A DNA stretch of 64,000 bases, taken from NCBI GenBank assembly GCA_017451505.1, contig JAFTOF010000027.1:26462-90461 (forward strand), written 5' to 3'. Positions 1-9,846 of the stretch are shown here, piece by piece. The stretch comes from Clostridia bacterium. Its GTDB lineage: Bacteria; Bacillota; Clostridia; UMGS1883. The notes below the pieces were generated by a model. It worked only from the letters and a program-made list of their open reading frames with translations. It was not told where the DNA came from and searched no databases. Position numbers and translations under genes: made by a program. Numbering within the stretch: the first letter of the stretch is position 1; each line of letters opens with the position of its first letter.

Positions 1-5
1 ACTCA

Positions 6-710
6 TCAGTCATCATTCCTTCTGGAGCCAACCAGCATAAGAAGTCTTAATAGCTGCATAATGGAAACTGCCGCTGCCGCAACGTATGTCATTGCCGCCG
101 CACCCAGCACCTTTTTCACTGCGGGGACTTCGTCGCTTTCAAGATAGCCGTCGCCGGAAAGTGTGGCAATGGCTCTCCTTGACGCGTTAAATTCCACAGG
201 GAGAGTAACAAGCTGAAAGAGAACTGCCAATGAGAAAAAGGCAATTCCTGCATATGCAAGAGAACCAAATGACAGAAGAAGCCCCAGAATAACAAGATAA
301 GGACCCGCCATAGAACCTAAATTTGCAACGGGAACAATAGCATTACGAAGCTGTATGGGCTTATAATTCGTGGCATGCTGAACGGCATGACCTGCTTCGT
401 GTGCCGCAACGCCTACTGCTGCAACTGATGTGGAGCTGTGTACGCTGTCGGAAAGCCTGATTACATTTGCCTTGGGGTCGTAATGGTCGGTAAGCTCCCC
501 GCGGACTCTTTCAATGCGGACATCGTAAAGCCCATTGGAATCCAGGATTCTTCTTGCCGCCTGCTCGCCCGTAATATTTCTGCCTGTATGCTTGGAAGAA
601 AACTTTTTAAATGTGGAATTAACCCTCATTGAAGCAATCATTGAAAATATACCTGCAATGAGTACCAGTACAAGACCGGCATCCATATAATAGCCAAATC
701 CGAATAACAT
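6..710 (-). CDS. Membrane zinc metallopeptidase (Zn_peptidase_2 / YugP-like)
   Basis: 234 aa with several hydrophobic segments and an HEAGHAVQH zinc-binding motif. It is the last gene of the fmt-containing minus-strand cluster. Confidence 0.8.
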   Translation of the reverse strand: MLFGFGYYMDAGLVLVLIAGIFSMIASMRVNSTFKKFSSKHTGRNITGEQAARRILDSNGLYDVRIERVRGELTDHYDPKANVIRLSDSVHSSTSVAAVGVAAHEAGHAVQHATNYKPIQLRNAIVPVANLGSMAGPYLVILGLLLSFGSLAYAGIAFFSLAVLFQLVTLPVEFNASRRAIATLSGDGYLESDEVPAVKKVLGAAAMTYVAAAAVSIMQLLRLLMLVGSRRNDD

Positions 711-716
711 ATAAAA

Positions 717-1643
717 TCACACTCCTAATTTTGTGCCTTTTTCTATTTTATGTCCGCGAAGATAGTCCTCGGCGGACATTTTCTTTTTGCCTTCTACCTT
801 AATTTCTTTTATAATGACACTGCCCTTTTTGCAGGCAACCTTGATTCCGTCACTGTCGGCACTAAGAACCTCGCCCGCATTTCCGTCATCGTCACATTTA
901 TATACAAAGTCAACCACAAATCTCTTTCCTCCGATAAAGCTGAAGGCCTTCGGCCAGGGATTAAGTCCCCTTACTTTATTGTAGATTTGTTCGCTTGTAT
1001 TATTCCAGTCAATTTCTCCCTCCGCTTTTGAAAGCTGTGAGGCATATGTGGAAAGGGAGTCGTCCTGCTTTTCGGGGGTGATTGTTCCCTTCTTTAAACC
1101 ATCCAATGTTTTAAGAAGCACCTCTCCGCCCAAAACGGCAAGAGCATCATGGTACTCTCCTGCTGTAGTTTCCTCGCCTATGGGAAGCTCCGCCTTTATG
1201 AGCATATCGCCTGTGTCAAGCCCTTTTTCCATATACATACTTGTTACACCGCTTACCTTTTTGCCGTCGATTACGGCTCTTTGTATGGGTGCGGCACCGC
1301 GGTACTCGGGAAGAAGCGACCCGTGAATATTGATACATCCGTATCTGGGATAATTAAGTATATATTCGGGAAGTATTTTTCCGTATGCAACCACCACAAT
1401 AATGTCGGGATTAAGCTCCTGTAAAAGCGGAAGAATAGCTTCATCCTTAAGGGTTTCGGGCTGGTACACGGGAATATTTTGCTCCAAAGCAAATATTTTC
1501 ACTTCGGGCATTGACATCTCGTATCCTCTGCCCTTGGGTTTATCGGGCTGAGTTATTACGCCGATAACATCGCGTTTATCATCAATCAATGCTTTCAACG
1601 AAATTTGTGCAAACTCGGGTGTTCCCATAAATAATATACGCAT
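717..1643 (-). CDS. fmt: Methionyl-tRNA formyltransferase
   Basis: MRILFMGTPEF N-terminus and HGSLLPEYRGAAPIQ motif. The track ORF extends to 1790, but that stretch overlaps def. The ATG at 1643 lies 4 nt after the def stop. Confidence 0.95.
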   Translation of the reverse strand: MRILFMGTPEFAQISLKALIDDKRDVIGVITQPDKPKGRGYEMSMPEVKIFALEQNIPVYQPETLKDEAILPLLQELNPDIIVVVAYGKILPEYILNYPRYGCINIHGSLLPEYRGAAPIQRAVIDGKKVSGVTSMYMEKGLDTGDMLIKAELPIGEETTAGEYHDALAVLGGEVLLKTLDGLKKGTITPEKQDDSLSTYASQLSKAEGEIDWNNTSEQIYNKVRGLNPWPKAFSFIGGKRFVVDFVYKCDDDGNAGEVLSADSDGIKVACKKGSVIIKEIKVEGKKKMSAEDYLRGHKIEKGTKLGV

Positions 1644-1647
1644 AGAA

Positions 1648-2121
1648 TTACTCCTCATTCTGTTCCAATTCAAATACCTCGGAGGCTTTTTCAACATAAA
1701 GTGTGCCGTCAAGGTGGTCACATTCGTGGCAAATACACCTTGCATAAAGGTCCTCGCCCGTAAATTCAAATTCGTCGCCAAATCTGTCAAATGCCTTTAC
1801 GGTTGCTTTTTGAGGTCTTGTAACCGTTCCTGCCTTACCGGGAACGCTGAGGCACCCCTCCGTATCGGTAACACTGCCCTCGGTATGGGTGATAACGGGG
1901 TTTATAAGTTCAAGCATACCCTCGTCCTCGCCCAAATCTATTACGACTACTCTGCGGAGGATTCCCACCTGAGGTGCGGCAAGCCCAACTCCGTTTGCAA
2001 GCAGAAGTGTTTCCTGCATATCGTCAAGAAGTGTGTGAAGCTTCTCGTCAAAAGTTTCCACCTCACGGCATTTCTTTTTAAGGCACGGGTCGCCTATTTC
2101 TCTGATTTTTCTTATCGCCAT
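1648..2121 (-). CDS. def: Peptide deformylase
   Basis: GLAAPQVG, EGCLS and HECDH motifs; 157 aa. Confidence 0.95.
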   Translation of the reverse strand: MAIRKIREIGDPCLKKKCREVETFDEKLHTLLDDMQETLLLANGVGLAAPQVGILRRVVVIDLGEDEGMLELINPVITHTEGSVTDTEGCLSVPGKAGTVTRPQKATVKAFDRFGDEFEFTGEDLYARCICHECDHLDGTLYVEKASEVFELEQNEE

Positions 2122-2133
2122 GTTAATTTCTCC

Positions 2134-4566
2134 TTACGTCATACTATACGGATTAATGTCCGCAATTACCGATAAATCGGAATTTCGTTTTTTCGGGTTT
2201 TCGTAAACAATATTGCGAAGCTCACGGATAAAATCCTCATCGGCACGGCACTTAAGCCACAGCCTCATTCTGTGCCTGCCCTGAATTTTATTTACGGGTG
2301 CAGGCGAAGGACCGTAAAACTTGCAGTTGTCATAACCGCGGAGGGCAACCCTCAGCTTCATTGCAATGCTTCCTATTGCCTTTTCAGCCTCCTCACGGTC
2401 AGAGGAGGATGCCGTTATATTTATAATATCACAAAACGGGGGATAAAGAAACTCCCGTCTGTAGGAAATTTCATCCTCAAAAAATGCCTTGTAGTCCTGT
2501 GACGCCGCCAAAAGAAGCGTTGGATTTTCAGGCTCATAGGTCTGAATGACGCATCTGCCTTTTTTTTCGCCTCTGCCTGCTCTGCCGCATACCTGCGTTA
2601 TCAGATTAAAGGTACGCTCCTGTGCTCTGAAATCGTCAACGTTAAGCGAGGCATCTGCCGCCAATACTCCCACAAGGGTCACATTCTCAAAATCAAGCCC
2701 CTTTGTAACCATTTGCGTGCCTAAGAGGATATCGGTCTTTTCACCGTCGAATTGCTCCAGAAGCTTTTCGTGACCTCTTTTTCCGCTTGTGGTGTCTGCG
2801 TCCATTCGGAGCGTTTTTGCAGAGGGGAAGATGCTTTCAATCTGTTCCTGTGCCTTTTGCGTACCTCTGCCAAAATCACGCACACGGCTTCCCCCACATT
2901 TGGAGCAAATGCTCTTAACCCTTTCTCTGTAACCGCAGTAATGGCAGGTGAGAGAATCGGTGTTTTTGTGATAAGTCAGCGAAACACTGCAATTAGGACA
3001 GGAAAACACATATCCGCATTCACGGCAGGAAACAAAAGTGGAATATCCCCTCCTGTTAAGAAACAAAATGGTCTGTTCGCCGTTTTTTATGTTTGAATCA
3101 ATCTCTTTTGCAAGGAATCGGCTTAAAACGGTTTTGTTCCCCTCTTTAAGCTCCTGACGCATATCGGAAATAAAAACTTCGGGGAGAGGTCTTTTATTGT
3201 ACCTTTCCAAAAGCTCTATTAAAGTATATTCACCGCTTTTTGCTTTATAATAGCTTTCAACAGACGGTGTTGCACTTCCTAAAATAAGCGGACAATCATG
3301 CTCCTTTGCAAGATATGCCGCAATATCACGGGCGTGGTAACGGGGAGAGGATTCCGACTTGTAGGATTGCTCGTGCTCCTCGTCAATTATTATTGCTCCC
3401 AGATTGTCACAGGGGGCAAAAATTGCACTTCTTGCACCGATGATAAGCCTCGCCTCGCCACGGCGGATTCTCCGCCATTCGTCGAGCCTTTCGCCTAAGG
3501 AAAGAGCACTATGAATAACAGCCACGTTTTTACCGAAACGGCTGAAAAAGCGGCTTGTCATTTGGGGAGTTAAGGCAATCTCTGGCACAAGAATTATAAT
3601 CTGCTTGTTTTTTTCAAAAGCCTTGGAAACTATGCTCATATACACTTCGGTTTTACCGCTTCCCGTAACACCATGTATGAGAAATGTTCCCCTTTTACTT
3701 TCTGTTATAGTCTTAGAGGCTTCCTCCTGTATCTTGGACAGCTTCAGGGGGGCAGGTTCCAAAGACGATTTTCCCTCCAGAGGGTTACGCAGAACCTCTG
3801 CCTCACGGTAATCTATTAAATGCTTTACATAAAGCGATTCCACGGCATTTCGTGTCGAGCCTGAGGCACGCAATATGTCGGGAACGGAAAGCTCGCCAAG
3901 TTCGCCTAAAACTTTAAGCACCGCCGCCTGACGGGGGGCGTTCTTTTCAAGCTTTTCAATATAGTATGAAATGTCTTCCTCACCGCAGTAGAAAGCCAAT
4001 CGGATTGTCTTTTCGTTTGCACGGCGTTTATCACGGAAGCTTTTTTCGCATATGCCCTTTTTTATAAGTGCATTTACACTGGCTCTGGCATTTTTGCCCA
4101 AAAGGCTTTTAATCTGCTGCATTTCCGCACTGCCGTCAGATTGCTCCAAAAGCTGTATAAGCTGCTCCTGCTTTATTCCTTTAACAGAGGAAAGCATATC
4201 AAAATATTTGTGGGTAAGTGAAATCCATTCCTCAAACTTTGCATCAGTTCCCGGCGGTAGGCATAGCTGTGCCGCTTCGGAAAAGGTGCAAAAGTATCTT
4301 TCCCTCATGTAAAAGCATAGACCGATACTGCTTTTTGTCAGCACGGGAAGCTCATCGGTTAAGGATTTAATCTCTTTAAGTGCTTCAAAACTGCTGACAT
4401 TCTTAAGCTCGGTAACATAAGCCTCCTTGGGCATATTCCCTGTGCCGAAAGGAACTTTAACACGGCATCCAACCGCAATTTTATCCAAAATAGTCTCAGG
4501 CACAAGGTAGTCAAAGGGCTTGTCGATATTCAGGTTTTTTGTATTTACATAAACCTGAGCAATCAT
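2134..4566 (-). CDS. priA: Primosomal protein N' (replication restart helicase)
   Basis: 810 aa with Walker A GVTGSGKT, DEEH box and a Cys-rich zinc cluster (CRECGY..CPNC..CHYCG..CSKCG). Confidence 0.95.
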   Translation of the reverse strand: MIAQVYVNTKNLNIDKPFDYLVPETILDKIAVGCRVKVPFGTGNMPKEAYVTELKNVSSFEALKEIKSLTDELPVLTKSSIGLCFYMRERYFCTFSEAAQLCLPPGTDAKFEEWISLTHKYFDMLSSVKGIKQEQLIQLLEQSDGSAEMQQIKSLLGKNARASVNALIKKGICEKSFRDKRRANEKTIRLAFYCGEEDISYYIEKLEKNAPRQAAVLKVLGELGELSVPDILRASGSTRNAVESLYVKHLIDYREAEVLRNPLEGKSSLEPAPLKLSKIQEEASKTITESKRGTFLIHGVTGSGKTEVYMSIVSKAFEKNKQIIILVPEIALTPQMTSRFFSRFGKNVAVIHSALSLGERLDEWRRIRRGEARLIIGARSAIFAPCDNLGAIIIDEEHEQSYKSESSPRYHARDIAAYLAKEHDCPLILGSATPSVESYYKAKSGEYTLIELLERYNKRPLPEVFISDMRQELKEGNKTVLSRFLAKEIDSNIKNGEQTILFLNRRGYSTFVSCRECGYVFSCPNCSVSLTYHKNTDSLTCHYCGYRERVKSICSKCGGSRVRDFGRGTQKAQEQIESIFPSAKTLRMDADTTSGKRGHEKLLEQFDGEKTDILLGTQMVTKGLDFENVTLVGVLAADASLNVDDFRAQERTFNLITQVCGRAGRGEKKGRCVIQTYEPENPTLLLAASQDYKAFFEDEISYRREFLYPPFCDIINITASSSDREEAEKAIGSIAMKLRVALRGYDNCKFYGPSPAPVNKIQGRHRMRLWLKCRADEDFIRELRNIVYENPKKRNSDLSVIADINPYSMT

Positions 4567-4568
4567 AA

Positions 4569-4817
4569 TTATTCTTCCTCAGTGTCCATGGATGCTTCAT
4601 ATTCGGCAACTGCCTGTGAAAAACGCTGTTGAGCCGTTCCTTTTACGCATCTGATTTTACCGCTTGCAATTTCATTTATTGCACGGGAAACTGTCTTGTC
4701 ATTGCCTGAATCGGCAACAAGCTGACGGGCACGTTTCGCCGTAACAATTACAAGTGAATAACGGGAATCAAGTCCCTCCATAAGTTTTGAAATTTCGGGA
4801 TACAACATATTTATCAT
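4569..4817 (-). CDS. rpoZ: DNA-directed RNA polymerase subunit omega
   Basis: 82 aa with a [16 protein letters not shown] core, in the conserved gmk-rpoZ position. Confidence 0.85.
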   Translation of the reverse strand: MINMLYPEISKLMEGLDSRYSLVIVTAKRARQLVADSGNDKTVSRAINEIASGKIRCVKGTAQQRFSQAVAEYEASMDTEEE

Positions 4818-4830
4818 TACCTTTCTATAA

Positions 4831-5445
4831 TTATTTATCGTTTAAAAATTCTTTTTCTATATATTTGTAATTTCGGCAAAGAAGACAATGCTCCGCCTTA
4901 ACAATTGCATCAAGGCGATTTGTGGCTTCCTCTACCGTGTCATTTATAAGCACATAATTGTATTTTTCAATATATTTAAATTCTGCCTTTGCTCTTTCAA
5001 GACGGCTTAAAATTACATCCTCCGTCTCTGTTCCTCTGCCGCGAAGCCTCTCCTCCAGATCGCAAAGTGCAGGGGGAAGAACAAATATAAATACGGCTTC
5101 AGGATAATGGGAACGAACCTGGAGAGCACCCTGTACCTCAATTTCCAATATTACATCCTTGCCGCTTTCTATCATTTCCATAACGGCATCCTTTGGAGTG
5201 CCGTAATAATTTTCGCAGAAAACTGCATGTTCCAAAAATCCGTCTGCATCTATTCTTTTTCTGAATTCCTCATGGCTCAGAAAAAAGTAGTTCACACCGT
5301 CAATTTCACCCTCGCGGGGGCTGCGTGTGGTAGCAGATACTGAAAGCGTGCAGTCATCATGGGTGCGAAGATATTCCTTGCAAATTGTACCCTTGCCTAC
5401 GCCGGAGGGACCGGAGATAACAAGAAGCAGTCCTTTTTTCTTCAT
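4831..5445 (-). CDS. gmk: Guanylate kinase
   Basis: [10 protein letters not shown]-loop and TTRSPREGE motif; 204 aa. Confidence 0.95.
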   Translation of the reverse strand: MKKKGLLLVISGPSGVGKGTICKEYLRTHDDCTLSVSATTRSPREGEIDGVNYFFLSHEEFRKRIDADGFLEHAVFCENYYGTPKDAVMEMIESGKDVILEIEVQGALQVRSHYPEAVFIFVLPPALCDLEERLRGRGTETEDVILSRLERAKAEFKYIEKYNYVLINDTVEEATNRLDAIVKAEHCLLCRNYKYIEKEFLNDK

Positions 5446-5489
5446 ATGTAATCATTCCTTTCTGTCTAACGGGCGGATAATATCCGCCC

Positions 5490-5765
5490 CTACGCATTCT
5501 CGGCTTCATCGTTGGCAGGGACGTAGCTTCCGTGCCTCTGTGCAATCACATCGGGAGTCAGTGCGGAAAGTATAACGTGCTCGCTGTCGGTTACGATAAC
5601 GCTTTTTGTTTTTCTGCCGTATGTAGCATCAATCAGCATCCCTTTTTCCCTTGCCTCCTGTGCAATTCGCTTTACAGGGGCACTTTCGGGAAGGACGATG
5701 CTTACTATTCTTTCATCGGAAACTAAGTTCCCGAATCCGATATTAACTAATTTCATATCAAACAA
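5490..5765 (-). CDS. remA: RemA/DUF370 family regulator
   Basis: KLVNIGFGN...SPESAPVKR...[12 protein letters not shown] closely resembles Bacillus RemA (YlzA). The start may be the internal Met at 5756. Confidence 0.85.
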   Translation of the reverse strand: MFDMKLVNIGFGNLVSDERIVSIVLPESAPVKRIAQEAREKGMLIDATYGRKTKSVIVTDSEHVILSALTPDVIAQRHGSYVPANDEAENA

Positions 5766-5804
5766 TCCTTTTTAAGAATGTCGGTGTTGTTTTTATACAC
5801 TCTT

Positions 5805-6683
5805 TTATTCTACGTTTTGTATCTGCTCACGTAGCTTCTCAATCTCCGCCTTTACATCAATCACAATTCGTGCCACGTCAAGGTCATTGGATTTTGAACC
5901 GATTGTATTGATTTCACGGTTCATTTCCTGTATCAGAAAGTCTATCTTTCGTCCTACACAGCCACCGCGCTGCAGCATCTCATTAAACTGATCCACATGG
6001 CTTCTCAGACGAACGGTTTCCTCGTTCACGTTTACTTTATCCGCAAAAATTGCAACCTCGGTAAGAAGCCGTGTTTCATCATATGATGCCCCTGCCAATA
6101 TGTCTTTCATTCTTTCTTCGATTCTCTGGCGGTACTCGGAAACAATCCGGGGAGAACGTTCCTCAACCTTAGCCGTAGCATCTACGATAAAAGCAAGATG
6201 CTCTTTAAGGTCGCTTTCGAGCTTTTCACCCTCGGCAATACGCATGGCATCAAATCCGCCAAGAGCCTCGGAAAGTGCTTTAAGCACCGTTTCCTTAATT
6301 AAATTCTCGTCCTCGGGTGCTTTATCCAACACAAAAACATCGGGAATACGCAGAAAGGTTTCCGCTGTTGTATTGCTTGTAATCTGAAGCTCCGAAGAAA
6401 GGGTGCGAAGGCCCTGCAGGTATTCCTTTGCCAGTGCAGTGTTCACTTTAACCACACTGTCATCCTCACCGCTTGACTCCACATTTACATATATATCAAC
6501 CTTACCTCGGTTTATCTTCTCCTGTGCCGCTTTACGAATCGGGTCTTCAAGGAAGGTATATACTCTGGGCATTTTAATGGAAAAATCGCTGTATCTGGAA
6601 TTGACCGATTTGATTTCAACACTAAAGGTTTTATTGCCCAGCTCAGCCTTTCCGCTTCCGTAGCCTGTCATACTCTTTATCAT
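5805..6683 (-). CDS. yicC: YicC family stress-induced protein (YicC_N + DUF1732)
   Basis: MIKSMTGYG N-terminus and C-terminal EMNREINTIGSKSND motif; 292 aa. Confidence 0.85.
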   Translation of the reverse strand: MIKSMTGYGSGKAELGNKTFSVEIKSVNSRYSDFSIKMPRVYTFLEDPIRKAAQEKINRGKVDIYVNVESSGEDDSVVKVNTALAKEYLQGLRTLSSELQITSNTTAETFLRIPDVFVLDKAPEDENLIKETVLKALSEALGGFDAMRIAEGEKLESDLKEHLAFIVDATAKVEERSPRIVSEYRQRIEERMKDILAGASYDETRLLTEVAIFADKVNVNEETVRLRSHVDQFNEMLQRGGCVGRKIDFLIQEMNREINTIGSKSNDLDVARIVIDVKAEIEKLREQIQNVE

Positions 6684-6899
6684 AAGAAAAAACTCCTTTT
6701 AGCTAACAGGGTATAACACCCCATAATTATTAAACATTATACCATACTTAAGCCAAGTTAGTCAACAGTTTTAATTAACGGCCATAAAATTGAAATGTAT
6801 AATACCTATTGATTGCTCGAAAAAAATAGATATTATAGAGTCTTTAAGCTTTATTTAAGGAACAGCGACTACTATATAACTGAAATGGAGGTTTGTCAG

Positions 6900-9146
6900 A
6901 TGAAGAAAATCAAGCAGGTATTAAAAAACTTATATATGAAGCTGAAAGAATGGGCAGCCGTGCCCATTGCGAAATACAAAACCCTTAACAAAGGTGCAAA
7001 AAGAGCAGTGTGCCTTGTTTTGGCAGTTTTGGTTGCGTTGGCAGGCTTTGGTATATGGAAGTGGCGTGGTGCTTCCGAGGCTACCGTGGCAAAGGCAAGC
7101 GGAACGTCAATCGTAAGACGCGGTAATCTTACCAACAGCATCACAGGAAGCGGAACAGTGGAGCCTATCGAGCAGCGTGAGATTGTTCCTGAAGTAAACG
7201 GAAAGATTATCGAGTCCTTTTTTAATGAGGGTGACAGTGTGAACGAGGGAGATGTTCTCTACCGCTTTGAAATGACTGCGGCAGAAAATGCGATTGAAAG
7301 TGCCATGAATAATGTGGAAAAGGCACAAACCACCCTTTCCAACAGGCAGAGCAATCTTGAAAAGGTACGGGAAAACATTTCAAACCTCACAATTAAAGCC
7401 ACCGTTTCGGGAAAAATCAGCGGTTTATCCCTCCGTGTGGGTGAGGATGCGTCAGGGAAAATCTGTACAATTACCAATTTTAAAGAGCAGACAGCCACAA
7501 TTCCTTTCAGCTCCGCACAGATAAAAAATATCAGCGTGGGCGACAGTGCGGACATCGCTATTGACAAATATATGATAAATACAACGGGCAAGGTAATCCG
7601 TAAGTACACAGCCCCCGACACCCTCCCGAGCGGTGCAGTTGTTTATTATGTGGAAATAAGGCTTGATGATAAATACACCGTTGAGGAAAACGTTAATGTT
7701 ACCGCTACTGTAAACAGTAAAAGCGGAAATATAGCCTCCGCCTCCTACGGCAGTGTAAAATATGCCGACCCTGTTACGGTTAACGCCAGACAAAAGGGCG
7801 AGGTTTCAAAGATAAACTTTAAAAACGGTGACTGGGTAGATGAAGGGCAAATTATTGCCGTGCTTAAAAACAGCGACCTTAACGATGAACTCAGAACAGC
7901 TCAGCAAAACGTTAAGGAAGCACAGATGAACCTAACTGAATCTCTCAATAACCTTGAGGATAAAGAGGAAGAAGCTAACGAATACATAGTAACATCACCT
8001 ATAAGCGGTGTTATCCTTACCAAGGATTATTTTGTAGGCGATACAATCAGCGGACAGAATCCCCCTGCCCTTATGGTAGTAGCGGATATGAGCAAAATGA
8101 AATTCACAATTTCTGCCGACGAGCTTGATATTGCAAAAATACAGGTAGGGCAGAGTGTATCTGTAACGGCAGACGCACTTTCAAACCAAAGGCTTAGAGG
8201 TACAATTACTGCAGTGTCAAAACTGGGAACTGCTTCTAACGGCGTTACCAACTATCCCATTGAGGTTACCATTGACCAGCCGGGCGAGCTTATGCCGGGA
8301 ATGAATGTAAGTGCACAGATTATAGTAGAGCAGTCCTACAACAGTCTTTATCTCCCTGTTGAGGCGGTGGAATATTATGAAGGTAAATATTATGTTACAG
8401 TTGTGGGCGAGGTAGAAAATATGCCTGAGCCGATAGTGCGTGGCGAATTTGGTGCAAGGGGACAAAGCGGAGCTTCACAGGAGGAAAAGGAAAACAACGA
8501 TTCCGAAAATAAAGCCTCCGATGATAAAAAACAGGAAACCAGTAATGATGAAACCAGAACTCAAAACCCCCAAAGCAGTGAAAGACCAAACTTTAGAGGC
8601 GAAAGACCGAATTTCAGCGGAGAAAGACCTGCGGGAGCGGGTAATTGGAAGAGACAGGAAAATTCCGCTTCAGACAGGCGAAATGTAGAAGCGGAAGCCT
8701 CCGCCGAAAATACTCAAACACAAAAAGAGAATAAGGAGGAAAAGGCTGAAGAAACGAAAACCACAGCTTCCAAAGAAACTGAAAAGAACACTAAATCACA
8801 GAAAACAAGTCAGGACAGCAAAGAAAAAACCGAAAGAACAAATGATTCAAAAACAAATAATACACCGGGCAATCAAAGGCAAAATCAGGAAGAACTAAAA
8901 ATTAAAAACTACAAAACCGAAAAACGCGTGGAAGTAACAATCGGTATAAAAACAGACACGTCCTATGAAATTTTAAGCGGTGTCGAGTACGGTCAGGTTG
9001 TTAAAAACACAGCTCAGGTAACACAGACAGGCTCCAGAACAGGAACTTCTAATCGAGGCGGTATGGGTGGCTTCGGCGGAGGTATGATGGGTGGAATGAG
9101 CGGAAACAACCGTAGTAGCAACCGTAATTTCGGAGGCGGAAGATAA
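6900..9146 (+). CDS. HlyD/MacA-type membrane fusion (periplasmic adaptor) protein with a low-complexity insertion
   Basis: N-terminal TM anchor, coiled-coil and barrel-sandwich segments typical of efflux adaptors. GGAGG lies 7 nt before the ATG at 6900; the track ORF starts at 6813. An insertion of about 170 aa rich in K/E/T/N/S and a G/M-rich tail are present. Confidence 0.8.
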   Translation: MKKIKQVLKNLYMKLKEWAAVPIAKYKTLNKGAKRAVCLVLAVLVALAGFGIWKWRGASEATVAKASGTSIVRRGNLTNSITGSGTVEPIEQREIVPEVNGKIIESFFNEGDSVNEGDVLYRFEMTAAENAIESAMNNVEKAQTTLSNRQSNLEKVRENISNLTIKATVSGKISGLSLRVGEDASGKICTITNFKEQTATIPFSSAQIKNISVGDSADIAIDKYMINTTGKVIRKYTAPDTLPSGAVVYYVEIRLDDKYTVEENVNVTATVNSKSGNIASASYGSVKYADPVTVNARQKGEVSKINFKNGDWVDEGQIIAVLKNSDLNDELRTAQQNVKEAQMNLTESLNNLEDKEEEANEYIVTSPISGVILTKDYFVGDTISGQNPPALMVVADMSKMKFTISADELDIAKIQVGQSVSVTADALSNQRLRGTITAVSKLGTASNGVTNYPIEVTIDQPGELMPGMNVSAQIIVEQSYNSLYLPVEAVEYYEGKYYVTVVGEVENMPEPIVRGEFGARGQSGASQEEKENNDSENKASDDKKQETSNDETRTQNPQSSERPNFRGERPNFSGERPAGAGNWKRQENSASDRRNVEAEASAENTQTQKENKEEKAEETKTTASKETEKNTKSQKTSQDSKEKTERTNDSKTNNTPGNQRQNQEELKIKNYKTEKRVEVTIGIKTDTSYEILSGVEYGQVVKNTAQVTQTGSRTGTSNRGGMGGFGGGMMGGMSGNNRSSNRNFGGGR
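8580..8642 (+). repeat. Three tandem 21-nt (7-aa) repeats inside the adaptor gene
   Basis: gaaagaccaaactttagaggc / gaaagaccgaatttcagcgga / gaaagacctgcgggagcgggt encode ERPNFRG-ERPNFSG-ERPAGAG. Confidence 0.8.
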
Positions 9147-9150
9147 GCCT

Positions 9151-9846
9151 ATGATAAGAATCAAGGACATGTATAAAATCTATAAAATAGGCGACATTGA
9201 GGTGCGTGCATTAAACGGCGTGTCCCTTAATGTCCGCCCAAAGGAATTTGTCTCCATAATAGGGCCATCGGGAAGCGGAAAATCAACCCTTATGAACATG
9301 ATAGGATGCCTTGACGTAGCCACAAGCGGAGAATATTTTCTGGACGGAAGAGCTGTGGAGGCACTAAGCGAAAATGAGCTTGCCTCTATACGCAACGAAA
9401 AGATAGGCTTTATTTTTCAGGGCTTTAACCTGCTAAATAAATTAACGGCACTGGAAAACGTAGAGCTTCCCTTGATATACAGGGGAGTGGACGTGGCACG
9501 CAGGCGTGAGCTTGCCGAAGAGGCACTTTTTCGGGTAGGACTTGAGGAGCGTATGTATCATAAGCCGAAGGAACTTTCGGGCGGTCAGCAGCAGAGAGTT
9601 GCCATAGCACGTGCCCTTTCCTCCAAACCTCCGCTTATACTTGCCGATGAGCCTACGGGTAATCTGGACTCAAAAAGCGGTGTCGAGGTTATGAAGATGC
9701 TTAAGGAAATTCATGCCGAAGGAAATACCATTGTGCTGATAACTCACGACAGCGATGTGGCACGGCAGGCAGAGCGTGTGGTAAGAATTGCCGACGGCGT
9801 CATTACAAGTGATACTAATGCGACAGAGGATGTGAAATGTGAATGA
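9151..9846 (+). CDS. ABC transporter ATP-binding protein (MacB/LolD type)
   Basis: Walker A GPSGSGKST, signature LSGGQQQRVAIARAL, Walker B LILADEPTG. Confidence 0.9.
   Translation: MIRIKDMYKIYKIGDIEVRALNGVSLNVRPKEFVSIIGPSGSGKSTLMNMIGCLDVATSGEYFLDGRAVEALSENELASIRNEKIGFIFQGFNLLNKLTALENVELPLIYRGVDVARRRELAEEALFRVGLEERMYHKPKELSGGQQQRVAIARALSSKPPLILADEPTGNLDSKSGVEVMKMLKEIHAEGNTIVLITHDSDVARQAERVVRIADGVITSDTNATEDVKCE

Noticed and set aside
1644-1790. N-terminal extensions given by the ORF track for fmt (to 1790), spo0A (to 54059), gpmI (from 42345), ispDF (from 18878), the adaptor (from 6813), the CNNM gene (from 16160), DUF1015 (from 31991) and the AraC gene (from 48419).
   Set aside because: The extensions overlap the preceding gene or lack an SD. 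In each case an internal Met sits 6-11 nt after a good SD and matches the family N-terminus.
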